Below, in pieces: positions 10,458 to 22,659 of a stretch of 38,250 bases of DNA. Under the pieces are notes generated by a model. The model ran no database searches, had not been told where the DNA came from, and worked only from the letters and a program-made list of their open reading frames with translations. Each line of letters begins with the position of its first letter. Position 1 is the stretch's first letter. This DNA comes from Nemertoderma westbladi (lineage: Eukaryota; Animalia; Xenacoelomorpha): contig JAUCBJ010000647.1 of assembly GCA_032718475.1 (NCBI GenBank), forward strand, positions 1 to 38,250, written 5' to 3'. Both the position numbers and the translations under genes were made by a program.

Positions 10458-12396
10458 TTATGGCGGTTTCGTTGGGCGCTGTTCAAGCCCAAAATAATCT
10501 TTTATGACACATATTCGCTCGTGGATCGGCGCTACAAAGTTCTCCAGTATCGACTGGACATATAACAGTTCAAAGGCATCCTTTGGTATTTGTGTTTGAG
10601 AGAGGTTGGTCTTGCGATGGTGTTTTGCAATGTGTTTCGTACTATATTCGCTAGTCACCAAAGCGTTTAGGCTAGGGATACCAGTTTTCCATGCCAGTTG
10701 ATTGAATGTATCGAAAATAGTTGGGCTGCGTATTCCACTTTGAAACATAGTAAGTAGTCGTATAAAAAAGAATGATGCTCTTTGATTCGGATTGTTAAAC
10801 AGCCGGTATATTAGTTGCATGAGTCGATGACTAATCTCAGTTTCAAGGTCAATCGTTTTGAATAATCTGTGTAGTGTAGAATTGGATATATAGTTGCCAC
10901 ATCGAATCAGATTCCGCATTCCCTTCCTACAATTTGTTACAAGTTGTTTTATATCCTTTGGCATTAGATTTGGTGAGCCCTATAGTATCTGTGGTAGGCA
11001 TATAGTCCTCCACAGCTTGGATGTTATATGGAGAGGTACAGTATATTGTCTACCGCAAGTCCTCTCATGTTAATCTTATTTATTGTAGACCAGATTCTTT
11101 GTTCAAAGTGCTTTCTCATATTGTATGTAGTTTGAGGGATTGGTAAGCCCATGTACGTACATTTAAAGGTTGATTCCAGAGTTTTACCTGCGAGCAGGAG
11201 TACTTCGCCAGTTACAGGTTTATCATTGGTGTCTATATATATAAAATGAGATTTCTTCATATTGATCGTTAAGTTGTGTTTAACGAAGTAATCTTGGCAG
11301 AGCACTAAGAGGTCCTGCAGGTCTTGTTTTATGTTGGCGATTAGAATCAAGTCGTCAGCATATCCCATTATTGCAAACAAAACTCTACTTATGTGTACTC
11401 CCTGTTTGCAGCTGGCTATATTTTCAAATAGGTCATTGAGATAGAGGTTGAATAGGATGGGTGATAGGACCCCACCTTGTCTCACCCCTTGCTGTAGTAG
11501 TATACCTTCTTCTATGACATAGCTACCATTCTTCAGATAGGTTACAGAGGATTGATAATAGGATTGAATTGCGGAGATGAGGAGTGGATCTACATTGGCA
11601 TCTGACAATTTGGTAAACAGTTTGTTGTAGCTAACATTGTCGAATGCAGCAGATAGGTCCAGTGTCATGACATAGATGTTTGAATTTCCTTGGTTAAAGT
11701 ACTCAATAATGTTATTCGCCAGTGTAAATGCCATATCCCCACCTTGCTTTGGTTTATACCCAAACTGAAGATCAGATGATGGTAGCATACCTAGATCAGG
11801 TAGAATCGACATTTCCCAAATCTTTGATACAGTGTTGATAATGCTAATGCCACGGTAGCCGATGTCTTCATCTGCGTTTGATATTTTGTTTTTCTTGGGA
11901 ATTAGTGTCAGCAGGCTAGTCCCCATTTCCTCTGGACATTTACCAGTGCTGCGAATAGTGTTGAACAGTAATGCTATGTATGAGTGTAGCGTTTCTGATT
12001 TCCCAAGCTGTAGGCTTTCGGCGCATATATTCAGCATATCCGAAGTTTTCCTCTTATTTAGCTCGTGTATTGCGTTTTATATGTCAACAGGTGTCAGTAT
12101 TTTGGGTTGAAGGTTTCATTGTTAAGTGGTCTTTGGGATGTATGTTTCCTTATTATCAGTGAATTTGTGTTTAATTGTATCATGCAGTTCATCCACAGCA
12201 GCATCAGACAATTTGTTCTTAGGGTTTCGCTGTTTGAGTCTCCAAAACTTGTCCGGATGCGTGGCACATGATGACGTTAACTTGTGTACCTCAGTGTTGT
12301 AGGCTTCTTTGCTCAGCAGGTTTCTTTTGTGGGCGTATAGGGCTTTCTTTCTAAAGTACGTTTCGCAAATTCTGCATTGATTCGAGACTTTACATA
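10458..12396 (-). pseudogene. LINE reverse transcriptase and C-terminal region
   Basis: YRGISI, QFGYK, LDLSAAFD, GVRQGGVLSPILFNLY, GYADD in ORF 11024-12037; broken into several ORFs. Confidence 0.92.
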
Positions 12397-13603
12397 TGTT
12401 CGCGCTTTTAAGACCTTTGGCAGTTTAACCCGCCAAATCTATATGTCTTCTAGGTTATAAATCTACTCCAGCCTATGACAAGTATTGAACACCTATAATA
12501 ATTCTAACATTAGCCAAAGCCAGTCTGTGCGCGACCATTCACCCGCTGGATATACCCGGGAGACTGGATTTGGATGCTTTAATTTGATTGCGGTGCAGGC
12601 CTACCGTACTATTCGATTGATCGTTATTATATAATCTCTGACGAATATTATTCACTTTCGGGAAATATTAGCAGTTCCTTTAGGACGTGGCACTCTATCT
12701 ATTTAAACAGAGCTATGACTTACACTATACACAACAGTATGTCTTATAGATCACCAAAGTGCATTCTTTAGGAAATGCTTTGTTACTCGGTCAAGCACAC
12801 ACAGACTATTGCACACAACTGCACACTGAATTGCCGACATTCACTGATTTTAATCATATATAAAGAGAATAATAACCGACATTTGTAGGGCCTATTAAGT
12901 AGCATTGAACTCACTACAAACCACGATAATGTATGTCGCAAATTGTTATATGTAACCGGTCTCTCTAACCTTAGTGTATCAAGAAGATTGGGTTTTCGGA
13001 TCGTTATCAATATTCTTCCCAATAATAATATGTAAACGAACGATACAATTAACAACACAGTAAATAGCAGTAAATAATGCGGCGAAAAGCAGTTTACGTC
13101 AGGGTGCTTAATCAGATGCCGAGATAACAGTTTGATGATCTTATAATTAAAGACGCTCTAATGTCAGAAAACCTTCCCCAGCCGGTGTTCTAGGCGTGGG
13201 GGAAACGTCAGTACTGAATCCTGTAATTCTGCTGTACAGCTTTTACACAAAGAGGGAAACTCTGATTGGTCGAATGGCAAAAAGCTCCACGTGGATACAG
13301 CTGATAGATGTCGTCATTTTGAGCTGAGCAGAACAAAGAACCAAGGCAAGGCTCCGGGCAAGCTACACGTGTAAAGCTTAGCCGTTAGCTGTCGTCATAG
13401 TAACGACACTGTTTCAAGAGGATCTAGGGCGTTGCGTCATAGAATTGCTAATCATGTCCTCCAAAGTACACATACAGAAGAAATAACTTTTATGTCCCCT
13501 AAAAACACCGGTACAGCAATGACACGGCCTTTTATGCCTGCTAAACCAACTACAGAGTACTTTACGGGGAAAATAACCAGGCAATTCCGCAAAAGCTTTT
13601 ACA
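12397..13603 (-). repeat. BEL 3' LTR
   Basis: TGTTCGCG...TTTTACA; about 9 substitutions versus 26930-28136 by eye. Confidence 0.97.
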
Positions 13604-13699
13604 CCGCTCCCAGAAAATGGGATTTTAGTCTATAAAATATAAAAAATCACAGTTTCTAAAATATAAAGATACTCTAAACAGTTAGTTTTTCTTGCGCGG

Positions 13700-15170
13700 A
13701 CGGCGTTTACGCAGTTTCTTGAGACTAGCAAGAGTCCTTTTCTCTTTGGGGCAAGCCACTTTACTAGGAGGGCTATAACTCCTGGGTGAAGGGTGCATAC
13801 CATTGCATCAGAAGGTTTAGGGTTACGGTCAGTGTCTCGTCCATTTCGATCTGCTTCTCCTCGAGCTGATTTTCCTCCGCTTGTCGTTGGACACGCTCGT
13901 CCAAAACTCTCGCAGAGAATAGGGTTGTCTAAGCTCGATATCTTCTTGGAGATTCAAGATTTCCCAATCAAACTGAGATAAGCCAATTCGTTTACCGCTT
14001 GGACTTGCTGTTATAACTTACGTTTATCTGAACAAACGCAGGTTTCCTTTCTGATCTTTGTAGAATAGCGTTTAACTCGTTTCGTACAACGCTCTCCTTC
14101 ACCTTGATGAAGGGTTGTATCGCGTTAAACTGGGACGACCATATGGTTGAATGGTGATATTAGGTGTCCGCGTCCCAATACGGCTAGGTAAGATGGGCGG
14201 CTAGCTAGAGCTCGCTGCCGGAGTGTTACCGATTAATTGTTAGGGTAGCACTAGATCTTTGAACAGTGAATACAGCTCGTGAGGATCCGGGATACCATCA
14301 GAATCGAAAGTCTGAGGTCTAATCAAGGAACGAGGTGGTCTGACCGAGTATTCCGGAACTATGATCTTAGGTTTACTCAAGGATCGTCTGAGTCGAGCGA
14401 GCGTAGGTGATATGTCGAACAAGTTTCGGTTTCCGTGGATGTTTATGTCTTTCCGTTTGTTAGTTGGGTCTAGGGCATTTATCGTAATAATACCAAAGAC
14501 GCACGTCTGGTAGGGGAAACGCGGATGATATTTATTTGTTGTTACAATGCTTCTATCAAGAATTCCAAATATACGTTAGAGTTACCACGTCCATTTGTCT
14601 CTCTAATGTCTTTTCTTTCGAGTCGATTTCGAATAGAATTTTCGCATTCGAATTTCAGTTTATCGTTCCGACTCCGCTGGGTAGGATATATGTTCGATAT
14701 AGTCCGTATCGTGTGAATCGATAGAATGGCCAATGGTTAAGAAGTCCATATACGTACTATTACGATGCGTGTAGCGAGCGGTGAATTTTCCATAGTCCAA
14801 TTCACGCGTAAGTTGCTTCGAGGAAATCGTCGGTTCGATATAACGACCATCGTCCTCCGTAGTAGTTGGACTAGCGTCGCCGCGTATCAAACTATCAACA
14901 AACACTTGTAAAGGTAGAGTATATCGCTCCCCGATACCAAGACCATCTTCTATCAACTCCGTTATATCTGCTATATATGAGTTTATTAATATTATAATGA
15001 GCTTATAATTAGGCTAGCGAGCGTCGCTGCCTACCCCAATCAGCCCCCGGACAGTGTACGATCCTCAGCACAAATGTATCGTCGTCGCTGTGTTTTCCGC
15101 CAACGTGTAGCTACACAACGACAACGACACTAGCACGAGTCACTCCACTGTCCGTCCCAAAGGCTTAGAT
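13700..15170 (-). pseudogene. Possible decayed accessory ORF in env position of the BEL element
   Basis: Coding-like composition, short minus ORFs at 14660-14956, 14542-14733 and 14240-14422, no recognisable motif. Confidence 0.35.
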
Positions 15171-15787
15171 ACACTTCAGGTTCTTACTGGAGAGTTAGGG
15201 TTACTTTCACAATTGCGACTCGCTACTGTAAACACACCTTAGTAGTAACATTCGCCTATAAACTCACAAATTCCACACACACAACTGTCACAAATTACAC
15301 ATACTCGGGCCATTTGTCCGTTAGTCAGTGCCTTCCAGAATGCCACGTTATTATTATGTATCCTTGGATACTAGCAGTGCGCTATTTATTTCTTACTATG
15401 CAATGGGGCAAGCTTTCTTTTGTTCTTTTTAACTTGCTTCTAATTCTAGCGTGGGTGTTACTATGGTGACATTATGGAAAGCTAGCGGTAGAATTAGGGT
15501 AATTCCAATGCATACAGATCTGGGATGCTATTTAATAGTAATTCTTTAATGGTCCAATATCTCGTTTATACATGATTTTATAAATTTTATCGGCTATTGA
15601 CTCATACATGGGAGATTCTCACACTCTAACACACTTAATAGGATGAATCTCCGCTCCCGTGATCTATTAATTAATGGGATTTTGTGAATGTTATAAATTG
15701 CACAGAATGACAATTTATCAAATTCATTAAAATATGAATTTAAATTTATTCCCTGAAATTTTATTATTTGATAGTACAATTGACACA

Positions 15788-16067
15788 ATTTGATTCCAGA
15801 GCAGGTCTGGGGACATAGGATCCATAATTCTATGAAAATTGTCTTTTAAGAGTATCGGTAAGTGCTACGATATCTTAATCGACTAGAATTGTTAAAGGAT
15901 CTGAATTTTACAGATTTTGATTTATAGATTTGTAAATATTAAATAATTAATATTTGAGATGGGCACCAATTTATTCCAGAACTTGTCTGGGGACGTTAAC
16001 CACTGATTCTAGAATTTGTCTTTCAAGTATATCGGTGGGTGCCGCGATATCTTAATCGACTAGAATT
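15788..16067. repeat. Diverged direct repeat (~180-bp spacing) in BEL internal region
   Basis: ATTCCAGA..GTCTGGGGAC...CGATATCTTAATCGACTAGAATT occurs twice. Confidence 0.7.
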
Positions 16068-18668
16068 ACAGATGGTCAAAAGGTTTAACAGATTTATTTG
16101 CGTTTCACGCTACTGTTAGAGGGACATCACGCTACTATATGTATTATTATATATGGTATGAGAGCAATATCGCACGAAGCAATGTCAGTGTGAAGAGGCA
16201 AGTCGTCTCCAAGGTCTACCCAGAGCTTGGTTTAGCCGAGACACGAGGATCTGAACTTTGCATTCCTAATACTCTGCCTACCAATAATACTTGAATATAG
16301 TAGTGGCTTTATTGTACTTTAATAAGTACGGACATTTCATCTTACTGTAGTCACGTATTTATAATATGATACGGACAGTAAGGAAAGAGAAAAAATAATT
16401 ATTTCTCGCCGTCGCACTAAATATATATTATAAGTAATTACGTACGTAATAAACACTAATATATTGCACTAATCTACTAAATAATCACTAAAAGAACATT
16501 CTACTAAATAAAATTAAAGAAAACGATTATAATAAAATTACATAATAATACATACATAAATATAAAATAAAAACAAATATAAAATGATATAGTCACACGC
16601 CCACTCCATATGTTATTACGTTATGGAGTCCCTAGATATTTGTCGGATTAGGGAAGTGGTCGTGGGAAGAGTATCTTGCCTTCCATAGTTTCCGGACAGT
16701 TTTCGGTCTCTTTCCAGTAAACATAAACGACCAGCTGGGCGATTGAGTTGTTGTGTTACTTTCTCTGCTCCCTTGGCCTGTCTAATCTCCGCCGTGGTAA
16801 GATGAGGAGGCCATTCTTCTTCTTCTTTACTTAAGAAGTCGGATCCACCTAACCAGCCTGGAGTATCTATCAGTTCTTGAGGAGTTGCTCCTCTGGAAGC
16901 AATGTCGGCTGGATTAATCATCCCAAGGCAATGTCTCCATTGATCTATAGTGGAGTTAATATCGTCATTATCTGAGGAGTGTGGTGTTCCCTCAGTTGGG
17001 TCGTCCACCTCACTGCTCTCCACTTCCCATTCCTTTACTTGGTATACCTGTTCTTGAGGTAATCTCTCTTTGAGAGTTCTACGGGAAGGGCCAGTGAAGT
17101 ACCAACCTACTCTAGTTCTTACTGCATAGGTTTGTAGTGGCTGTGGTTGAGCAGGCCGTTTCTCCAATGTCTCTAGCGCCTCATGCGCGTTTTGGCCGAT
17201 GAGTATTTGCACTCCAGGATAATCTGTGTGGAATCGAGGTATCTTAAGCTGCTGGATGCTCTCGTCCTTGTCCCAGTTATAAGGTTCTACTTGGGTAGTA
17301 GCGAAGTTCTTTATAGCCACCATTTTTACTGACCTTATACTTTGTTCTCCTAATTTATCCTGGGGGGTGGACAACACACCTACATAGTAATCTGTCATTA
17401 TGGTAGATTTCCAAACCTGCATAATTCCTGACATATTCAACTTAGTTCGGAATTTGGGTTGTCCAGCAAAGATGTCTTCGGCTAGTTCTTGATCGATGAA
17501 TGTTCCTGTGCTGCCGGAGTCAAGGAGGGCGTTCACTATGTAACTTTTTTATGTAACTCTTACCTGCACTACCGGAAATTCTCTGATTCCTACGTTGGAA
17601 GTTGGAGGTTTCCAAGATGGTTGTCTGTCAAAGGTAGTTGGGGGGAACTCATTGTCGGTGTCCTTTTCATACGTAAGTGCTCGATACACTGCGGTATTTA
17701 TTAGGTAACAGGATTCGTTGGCGTCGGAGAATTCGTCCGTATAGAATCCTTCCATCTAAGATTCTTGATCAGTGTCATTTTCATCACTGAATTGGACATG
17801 TAGTTCGGGCTCACTTACCTGACTCGGGTTGTTTCGTTCGAATTCACTGTGTAACAAGATGTGATGTTTCGCACCCCACTTTGCACACCTTACGTCGGAG
17901 TAACAGATTCGCCGTTGGTGTCCTTGTCTTGGACTTATAGCATAACCGCTTATCCCACATGACTTCACGTCTGTCTACCAGGGATTTCTTTAGGAATTCA
18001 GCACACACACTCAAACGGTGGGGCCCGTCGCACAGCGCACATTTTGGTTTGATGTTACTCACTTTACCTTGGGTAACGTTATGCACTCTCGTTCTTTCTT
18101 CGGGCTTTCTTCCGTGAATTCTCTTATGAGACGTAGGAGGAGTTGTCGTTACCTGTTCTCTCCTGTCATTGGTTCGAGCCTTATATTTACTTACGTCCTT
18201 TGAGGTTTTGTTAACATAGTAATATCTGTCAGTGTCTTTCCCGCTGTCCTCTTCTTGAGAAGCTTGGCTTTCGCCGTTGTCAGTATAACACACTGGTGTT
18301 ACCCTTCTCCTAGAAACGGGTTTCTCACTTACCTTATTTTCCGATGTTTTCTCTCTGGACTGCTTTATGAGTTGTAATTTTACTTCACCATCTAAGAAGG
18401 ACATGAGATCAGCCATGGTAGGGCCTCGTCGTTGCTGCTCATTCATATACAACACTGTCTTGTCCCAGCGTGTACTGCGTGTACATACTCCACCCTTTGG
18501 TAAAGTAGAGACTACGGCTCCAATAACCATGGAACTCTGATATTCATGAGACTTACCTAACCAATCCAATTGTCTGCAGATCTCCTGAATCTCATCGGAA
18601 AACTCTATAATCCCGCTACTAAGGAACTTTCGGGGGGCTACTAATTTTGCATACAAATACTTAGCTAT

Positions 18669-18856
18669 TGTGGTATATATATAATGCACTACCTACCTGT
18701 AGTACAGTATGGTACCGGTACTGGTCTTCTGTGACAGAGATATACATACATTTTGAGATATACAATATATCCGGTTGGCGATCAGCCTGTTGATATAGGC
18801 CTACTTTTATATATTATACCGGTACTGTACTACGGTACCCGGCCCGGCATACTACA
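18669..18856 (+). repeat. Gypsy 5' LTR
   Basis: TGTGGTAT...ATACTACA; two C/T differences from the 3' LTR. Confidence 0.97.
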
Positions 18857-18857
18857 T

Positions 18858-18866
18858 TGGCGCAGT
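18858..18866 (+). promoter_or_regulatory. Gypsy primer binding site (tRNA-Ser-like)
   Basis: TGGCGCAGT one base after the 5' LTR. Confidence 0.75.
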
Positions 18867-18928
18867 GTGTACCTATCTACGTGTATAGGTATTGGTTTTT
18901 TTTTTCTTAATAATATTATATTAATGTT

Positions 18929-21900
18929 ATGGCGAAATATCCGGCACCGACTCCACTGGACGTGGGAGCGCAAGACATGGCAATGGAATTTGGCGACTGG
19001 CGACAGTATTTTGAATACTGGGCTGACGCTACTGAACTTCGGGCGGAGGATATTCCAGAATCTAAAAAGGTTGGGGCGCTAATGACTTGTATTGGGAAAG
19101 CACCACAGCGGATTGCTAAACAAAACTTTGAATATACAGCAGAGCGCCCGAAAACTCTGGACAACGTATTAACAGATTTTGAAGAATATTTCGCTCCCGA
19201 ACGAAGTCTGTTGGTTATGCGGTTCCGTTTTGGAAAACGTAAACAAGCTCAAGGAGAAACAATTGCAGATTATTTTACTGCACTACGGCAGTTGGCTGGC
19301 TTATGTGATCTGGAGTCTGAAACTCCAGAAACGCGTTTAAGGGACACATTTATTGCGGGTATTCGAGATGACGAACTTCGCAAGCAACTCCTTCAGCAAC
19401 CTTTGAATGCGGCCGTGCAGCATATTAAGAAATTGGCTGGTGTTTTCGAAGCAGCAGTGGCAGGTCATGAAGAACTAGGTTCTTCAGACACAGGCGGTGT
19501 AGCTTCTACAGCTCAGGATGTTATGGCGGTACAACAAACCCATCTCCAACGTCGAGTAAATTCTGACCGAGCTAATTCTAATTCATTGACAAATCAGCAG
19601 CAACAGATGGGTCGACTAATGATAAGCAACTGTCGATTCTGCTGCAGATCTCACAAAAAGGGAGCCTGCCCATCGTATGGCTCGTATTGCAGAATTTGCG
19701 GTGAACTTCATCATTACCCAGGATCGCCTTTGTACAAGAAATCTTCCAACGACCGCTCGTTCCGTAGTGGGTTGTCCCAGCAGTTCTCTCGAGGCCGTGG
19801 CTCATCTAGTGGATTCCATGGTAGACAATCGGGTAGAAACCAAATAGAAGGGAGTTGTTATTTCTCTAAGCTGGATGCTAAGAGCGGGTTTCACCAGATT
19901 AAACTAGACGAGGAGTCTAGTAAAAAAATGTCTCAATCAGTTAGTCAATTTAAGAATGTAATTGTTCTTGAAGACGATATTCTAATTCATACAAGCACCC
20001 TTGCCGAACATGATTTTCTAGTGAAGGAAGTTACAGACTTATGCCGGAAACTTCACATTTCTCTACAACCTAGCAAATGTGAATTTCGTAAGACTGAAAT
20101 AACCTACTTAGGCCACCGACTTTCTGGCACTGGTATTGAACCTGATCCAGAGAAAGTTTCAGCCATAAAGGATATGTCCACGCCATCTTCTGTGGCAGAT
20201 TGCCGTCGTCTTCTAGGTATGGCTACCTACTTGGGAAAATTTATTCCCAACTTCAGCGACTTGACATTACCAATTCGTGAGTTATTGAAATCCCGAAACA
20301 TGTTTCATTGGTCACCTGCATGTGATTCGGCATTTACGAAACTGAAAGAACTACTTACAACTGCCCCTGTATTAAAGTACTATAATGTCAAGCACGCTAC
20401 TTTCCTCCAATGTGATGCCTCTCCCGTCGGATTAGGTGCTGCATTGTTACAGAAAGACTCTGGTGGTACAGTTCGACCTATTGCTTATGCAAGTCGCACC
20501 CTGACTTCAGCTGAGAAAAATTATTCCCAGATAGAAAAGGAAACTTTGGCTATAGCTTTCGGGGCAACCAAATTTCGACAGTATCTTATTGGTGTTGACT
20601 TCATTGTCCTTTCGGATCATAAGCCACTGCGATTTATTTTCCTCAAACCAATTGACCAGTGTCCAGCAAGAATTATCAGGTTTCTTATTCTCCTCCAGCC
20701 ATTCTCATTTAAAGTAGAGTTCATTCCCGGGAAAAATAATCTAATTGCCGATACACTTTCGAGGGCTCCTATAAAGCCAGTAGATGAGAACAGAAATGAG
20801 TCTGAGAACTTTGATTCTTTTGTCAATATAATACTGGATTCCCAGATGATCGATATCCTGCAAGTTGCCCATGAAACTGCTAAGTGTTCTGAACTCTCTA
20901 AAGTAGTTGATAACTTAGAACGGAACTCGTGGTCCAACATGTCTTCAACTACAGAACGTAGATTGTTTTCTGTACGCAACGAACTCTCAGTACATTATCT
21001 AGAACAGGACCCGGTAATCTTGAAAGGTCAATGTTTAGTCATTCCCAGCTCACTCCGACCTGTGATGATGAAACTTGCCCATGAAGGACACCCTGGCATT
21101 ACTAAGATGACTGATATCCTTGTTAGCAGTGTTTGGTGGCCTGGAATCACCCAAGACGCACGCGTGTTTGTTGAGAATTGTCACCCCTGTAAGTTGGTAA
21201 GTGACCTCCCACCACCTCAACCGATGACCCAATCTGGAATCTTTTATCCTTGGGAACGAGTGGCCATTGATTGCGCTCACATTGAGGGTCACTTGTGTAC
21301 TACTCTGATAGATTATGGTTCTCGGTTTGTTGAGGAGATTCCGATTCCATCATCCACAACTCGGCACATCATAGGGTGTTTAAACAGTATTTTCTCTCGA
21401 TTTGGCATACCAAAGTCACTGGTATCTGATAACGCACAGGAATTCCGCTCGGCAGAGTTTAAAAATTTCCTTCGTACCATCGGATGTAAATTGGTCGAAA
21501 TATCTGCTAAGTACGCTCAATCAAATGGTATGATTGAGCGGCCACACCGCGTAATAAAAAAGATGATGCGAGCTACATCAGTAACTTCTGATACTCCATT
21601 TATATCTCGACTAGCGACTGTACTGTTTACTCTCCGTAACTCCAGGCATCGAATCACAGGAGAGATACCATCTCGAGTACTATACTTGAAGCTGTCTTCA
21701 TCTCTCCAGACGCGGTTTCCTCAACTACCCAGTGAACAGCCTGAACCAAATGAAAACTATATCAGAAACAGGGAACGTATCGTCCGCAACTACAATAAAA
21801 GTCACAGCGTTAAGCCATTGCATGATCTCAACATCAACGATCCTGTCATGATCAAGAAGAATAACAGTCCTGGATATTCGTACCAGGGCTACCGGATCAC

Positions 21901-22216
21901 TGAGATCAGAGGCGACAAAGTAGTCTGCTTGGGGCCTAGTGGGATACTGATTTCTAGAAATCGGCGGTTTATAAAACCAGTAGATTTACGAGAGGAAGAC
22001 AACTATACACGACCTCCACCAGTTCTTTTACCACGAGAACCCAATTCACAAGCCTCTCATACTACTAACAATTATCATGAAGAACAACCTGGTACATCAT
22101 TACCTGCAAGTGTTTCTCGTCCAGAGATCGGTCAGGAGGAGGCTATAACATCAGATTCAAAAATTTACCCACGGCGAAACCATGCTCGACCAGATTATTA
22201 TGGGTTTCCATCATAA
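18929..22216 (+). CDS. Gag - partial RT - RNase H - integrase polyprotein, 1095 aa
   Basis: Gag with CRFC/CRIC knuckles; FSKLDAKSGFHQI, LEDD, CDAS, YSQIEKE, SDHKPL, ADTLSR; integrase HEGHPG..CHPC, IDC, SDN, SNGMIER. No protease motif. Confidence 0.93.
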   Translation: MAKYPAPTPLDVGAQDMAMEFGDWRQYFEYWADATELRAEDIPESKKVGALMTCIGKAPQRIAKQNFEYTAERPKTLDNVLTDFEEYFAPERSLLVMRFRFGKRKQAQGETIADYFTALRQLAGLCDLESETPETRLRDTFIAGIRDDELRKQLLQQPLNAAVQHIKKLAGVFEAAVAGHEELGSSDTGGVASTAQDVMAVQQTHLQRRVNSDRANSNSLTNQQQQMGRLMISNCRFCCRSHKKGACPSYGSYCRICGELHHYPGSPLYKKSSNDRSFRSGLSQQFSRGRGSSSGFHGRQSGRNQIEGSCYFSKLDAKSGFHQIKLDEESSKKMSQSVSQFKNVIVLEDDILIHTSTLAEHDFLVKEVTDLCRKLHISLQPSKCEFRKTEITYLGHRLSGTGIEPDPEKVSAIKDMSTPSSVADCRRLLGMATYLGKFIPNFSDLTLPIRELLKSRNMFHWSPACDSAFTKLKELLTTAPVLKYYNVKHATFLQCDASPVGLGAALLQKDSGGTVRPIAYASRTLTSAEKNYSQIEKETLAIAFGATKFRQYLIGVDFIVLSDHKPLRFIFLKPIDQCPARIIRFLILLQPFSFKVEFIPGKNNLIADTLSRAPIKPVDENRNESENFDSFVNIILDSQMIDILQVAHETAKCSELSKVVDNLERNSWSNMSSTTERRLFSVRNELSVHYLEQDPVILKGQCLVIPSSLRPVMMKLAHEGHPGITKMTDILVSSVWWPGITQDARVFVENCHPCKLVSDLPPPQPMTQSGIFYPWERVAIDCAHIEGHLCTTLIDYGSRFVEEIPIPSSTTRHIIGCLNSIFSRFGIPKSLVSDNAQEFRSAEFKNFLRTIGCKLVEISAKYAQSNGMIERPHRVIKKMMRATSVTSDTPFISRLATVLFTLRNSRHRITGEIPSRVLYLKLSSSLQTRFPQLPSEQPEPNENYIRNRERIVRNYNKSHSVKPLHDLNINDPVMIKKNNSPGYSYQGYRITEIRGDKVVCLGPSGILISRNRRFIKPVDLREEDNYTRPPPVLLPREPNSQASHTTNNYHEEQPGTSLPASVSRPEIGQEEAITSDSKIYPRRNHARPDYYGFPS

Positions 22217-22458
22217 AAAAAAAAAAAAAAAAAAAAAAAATACTCGAAAAATACTCTTTCTTGAGGATTTGTTTAAGGAGACTTTATATAGAGACTATTG
22301 TATACGATTATCACATAGGTTTTGTTTGGAGGACTTTATAGAGATTATTGTTGTATAAAATTTTCTCATAGTTTTTTTTAGGTGGAAGATGGGATGTATA
22401 TTAGACTCAAACTTATTAGCTGTGATTATTATTAGCATTATTTGTTAAGTGGTTTGTT

Positions 22459-22471
22459 AGGAAGGAAGTAG
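22459..22471 (+). promoter_or_regulatory. Gypsy polypurine tract
   Basis: AGGAAGGAAGTAG directly before the 3' LTR. Confidence 0.8.
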
Positions 22472-22659
22472 TGTGGTATATATATAATGTACTACCTACC
22501 TGTAGTACAGTATGGTACCGGTACTGGTCTTCTGTGACAGAGATATACATACATTTTGAGATATACAATATATCTGGTTGGCGATCAGCCTGTTGATATA
22601 GGCCTACTTTTATATATTATACCGGTACTGTACTACGGTACCCGGCCCGGCATACTACA
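22472..22659 (+). repeat. Gypsy 3' LTR
   Basis: Direct repeat of 18669-18856. Confidence 0.97.

Larger units (their letters stand above)
18669..22659 (+). mobile_element. Internally deleted Ty3/Gypsy (Mag-like) LTR retrotransposon
   Basis: 188-bp LTRs, 5-bp TSD GCTAT (18664-18668, 22660-22664), PBS, PPT and a single gag-pol ORF. Confidence 0.96.

Noticed and set aside
12783-13058. Identical 91-aa ORFs here and at 27316-27591
   Set aside because: They lie within the LTRs and have no ATG start; identity reflects LTR duplication.
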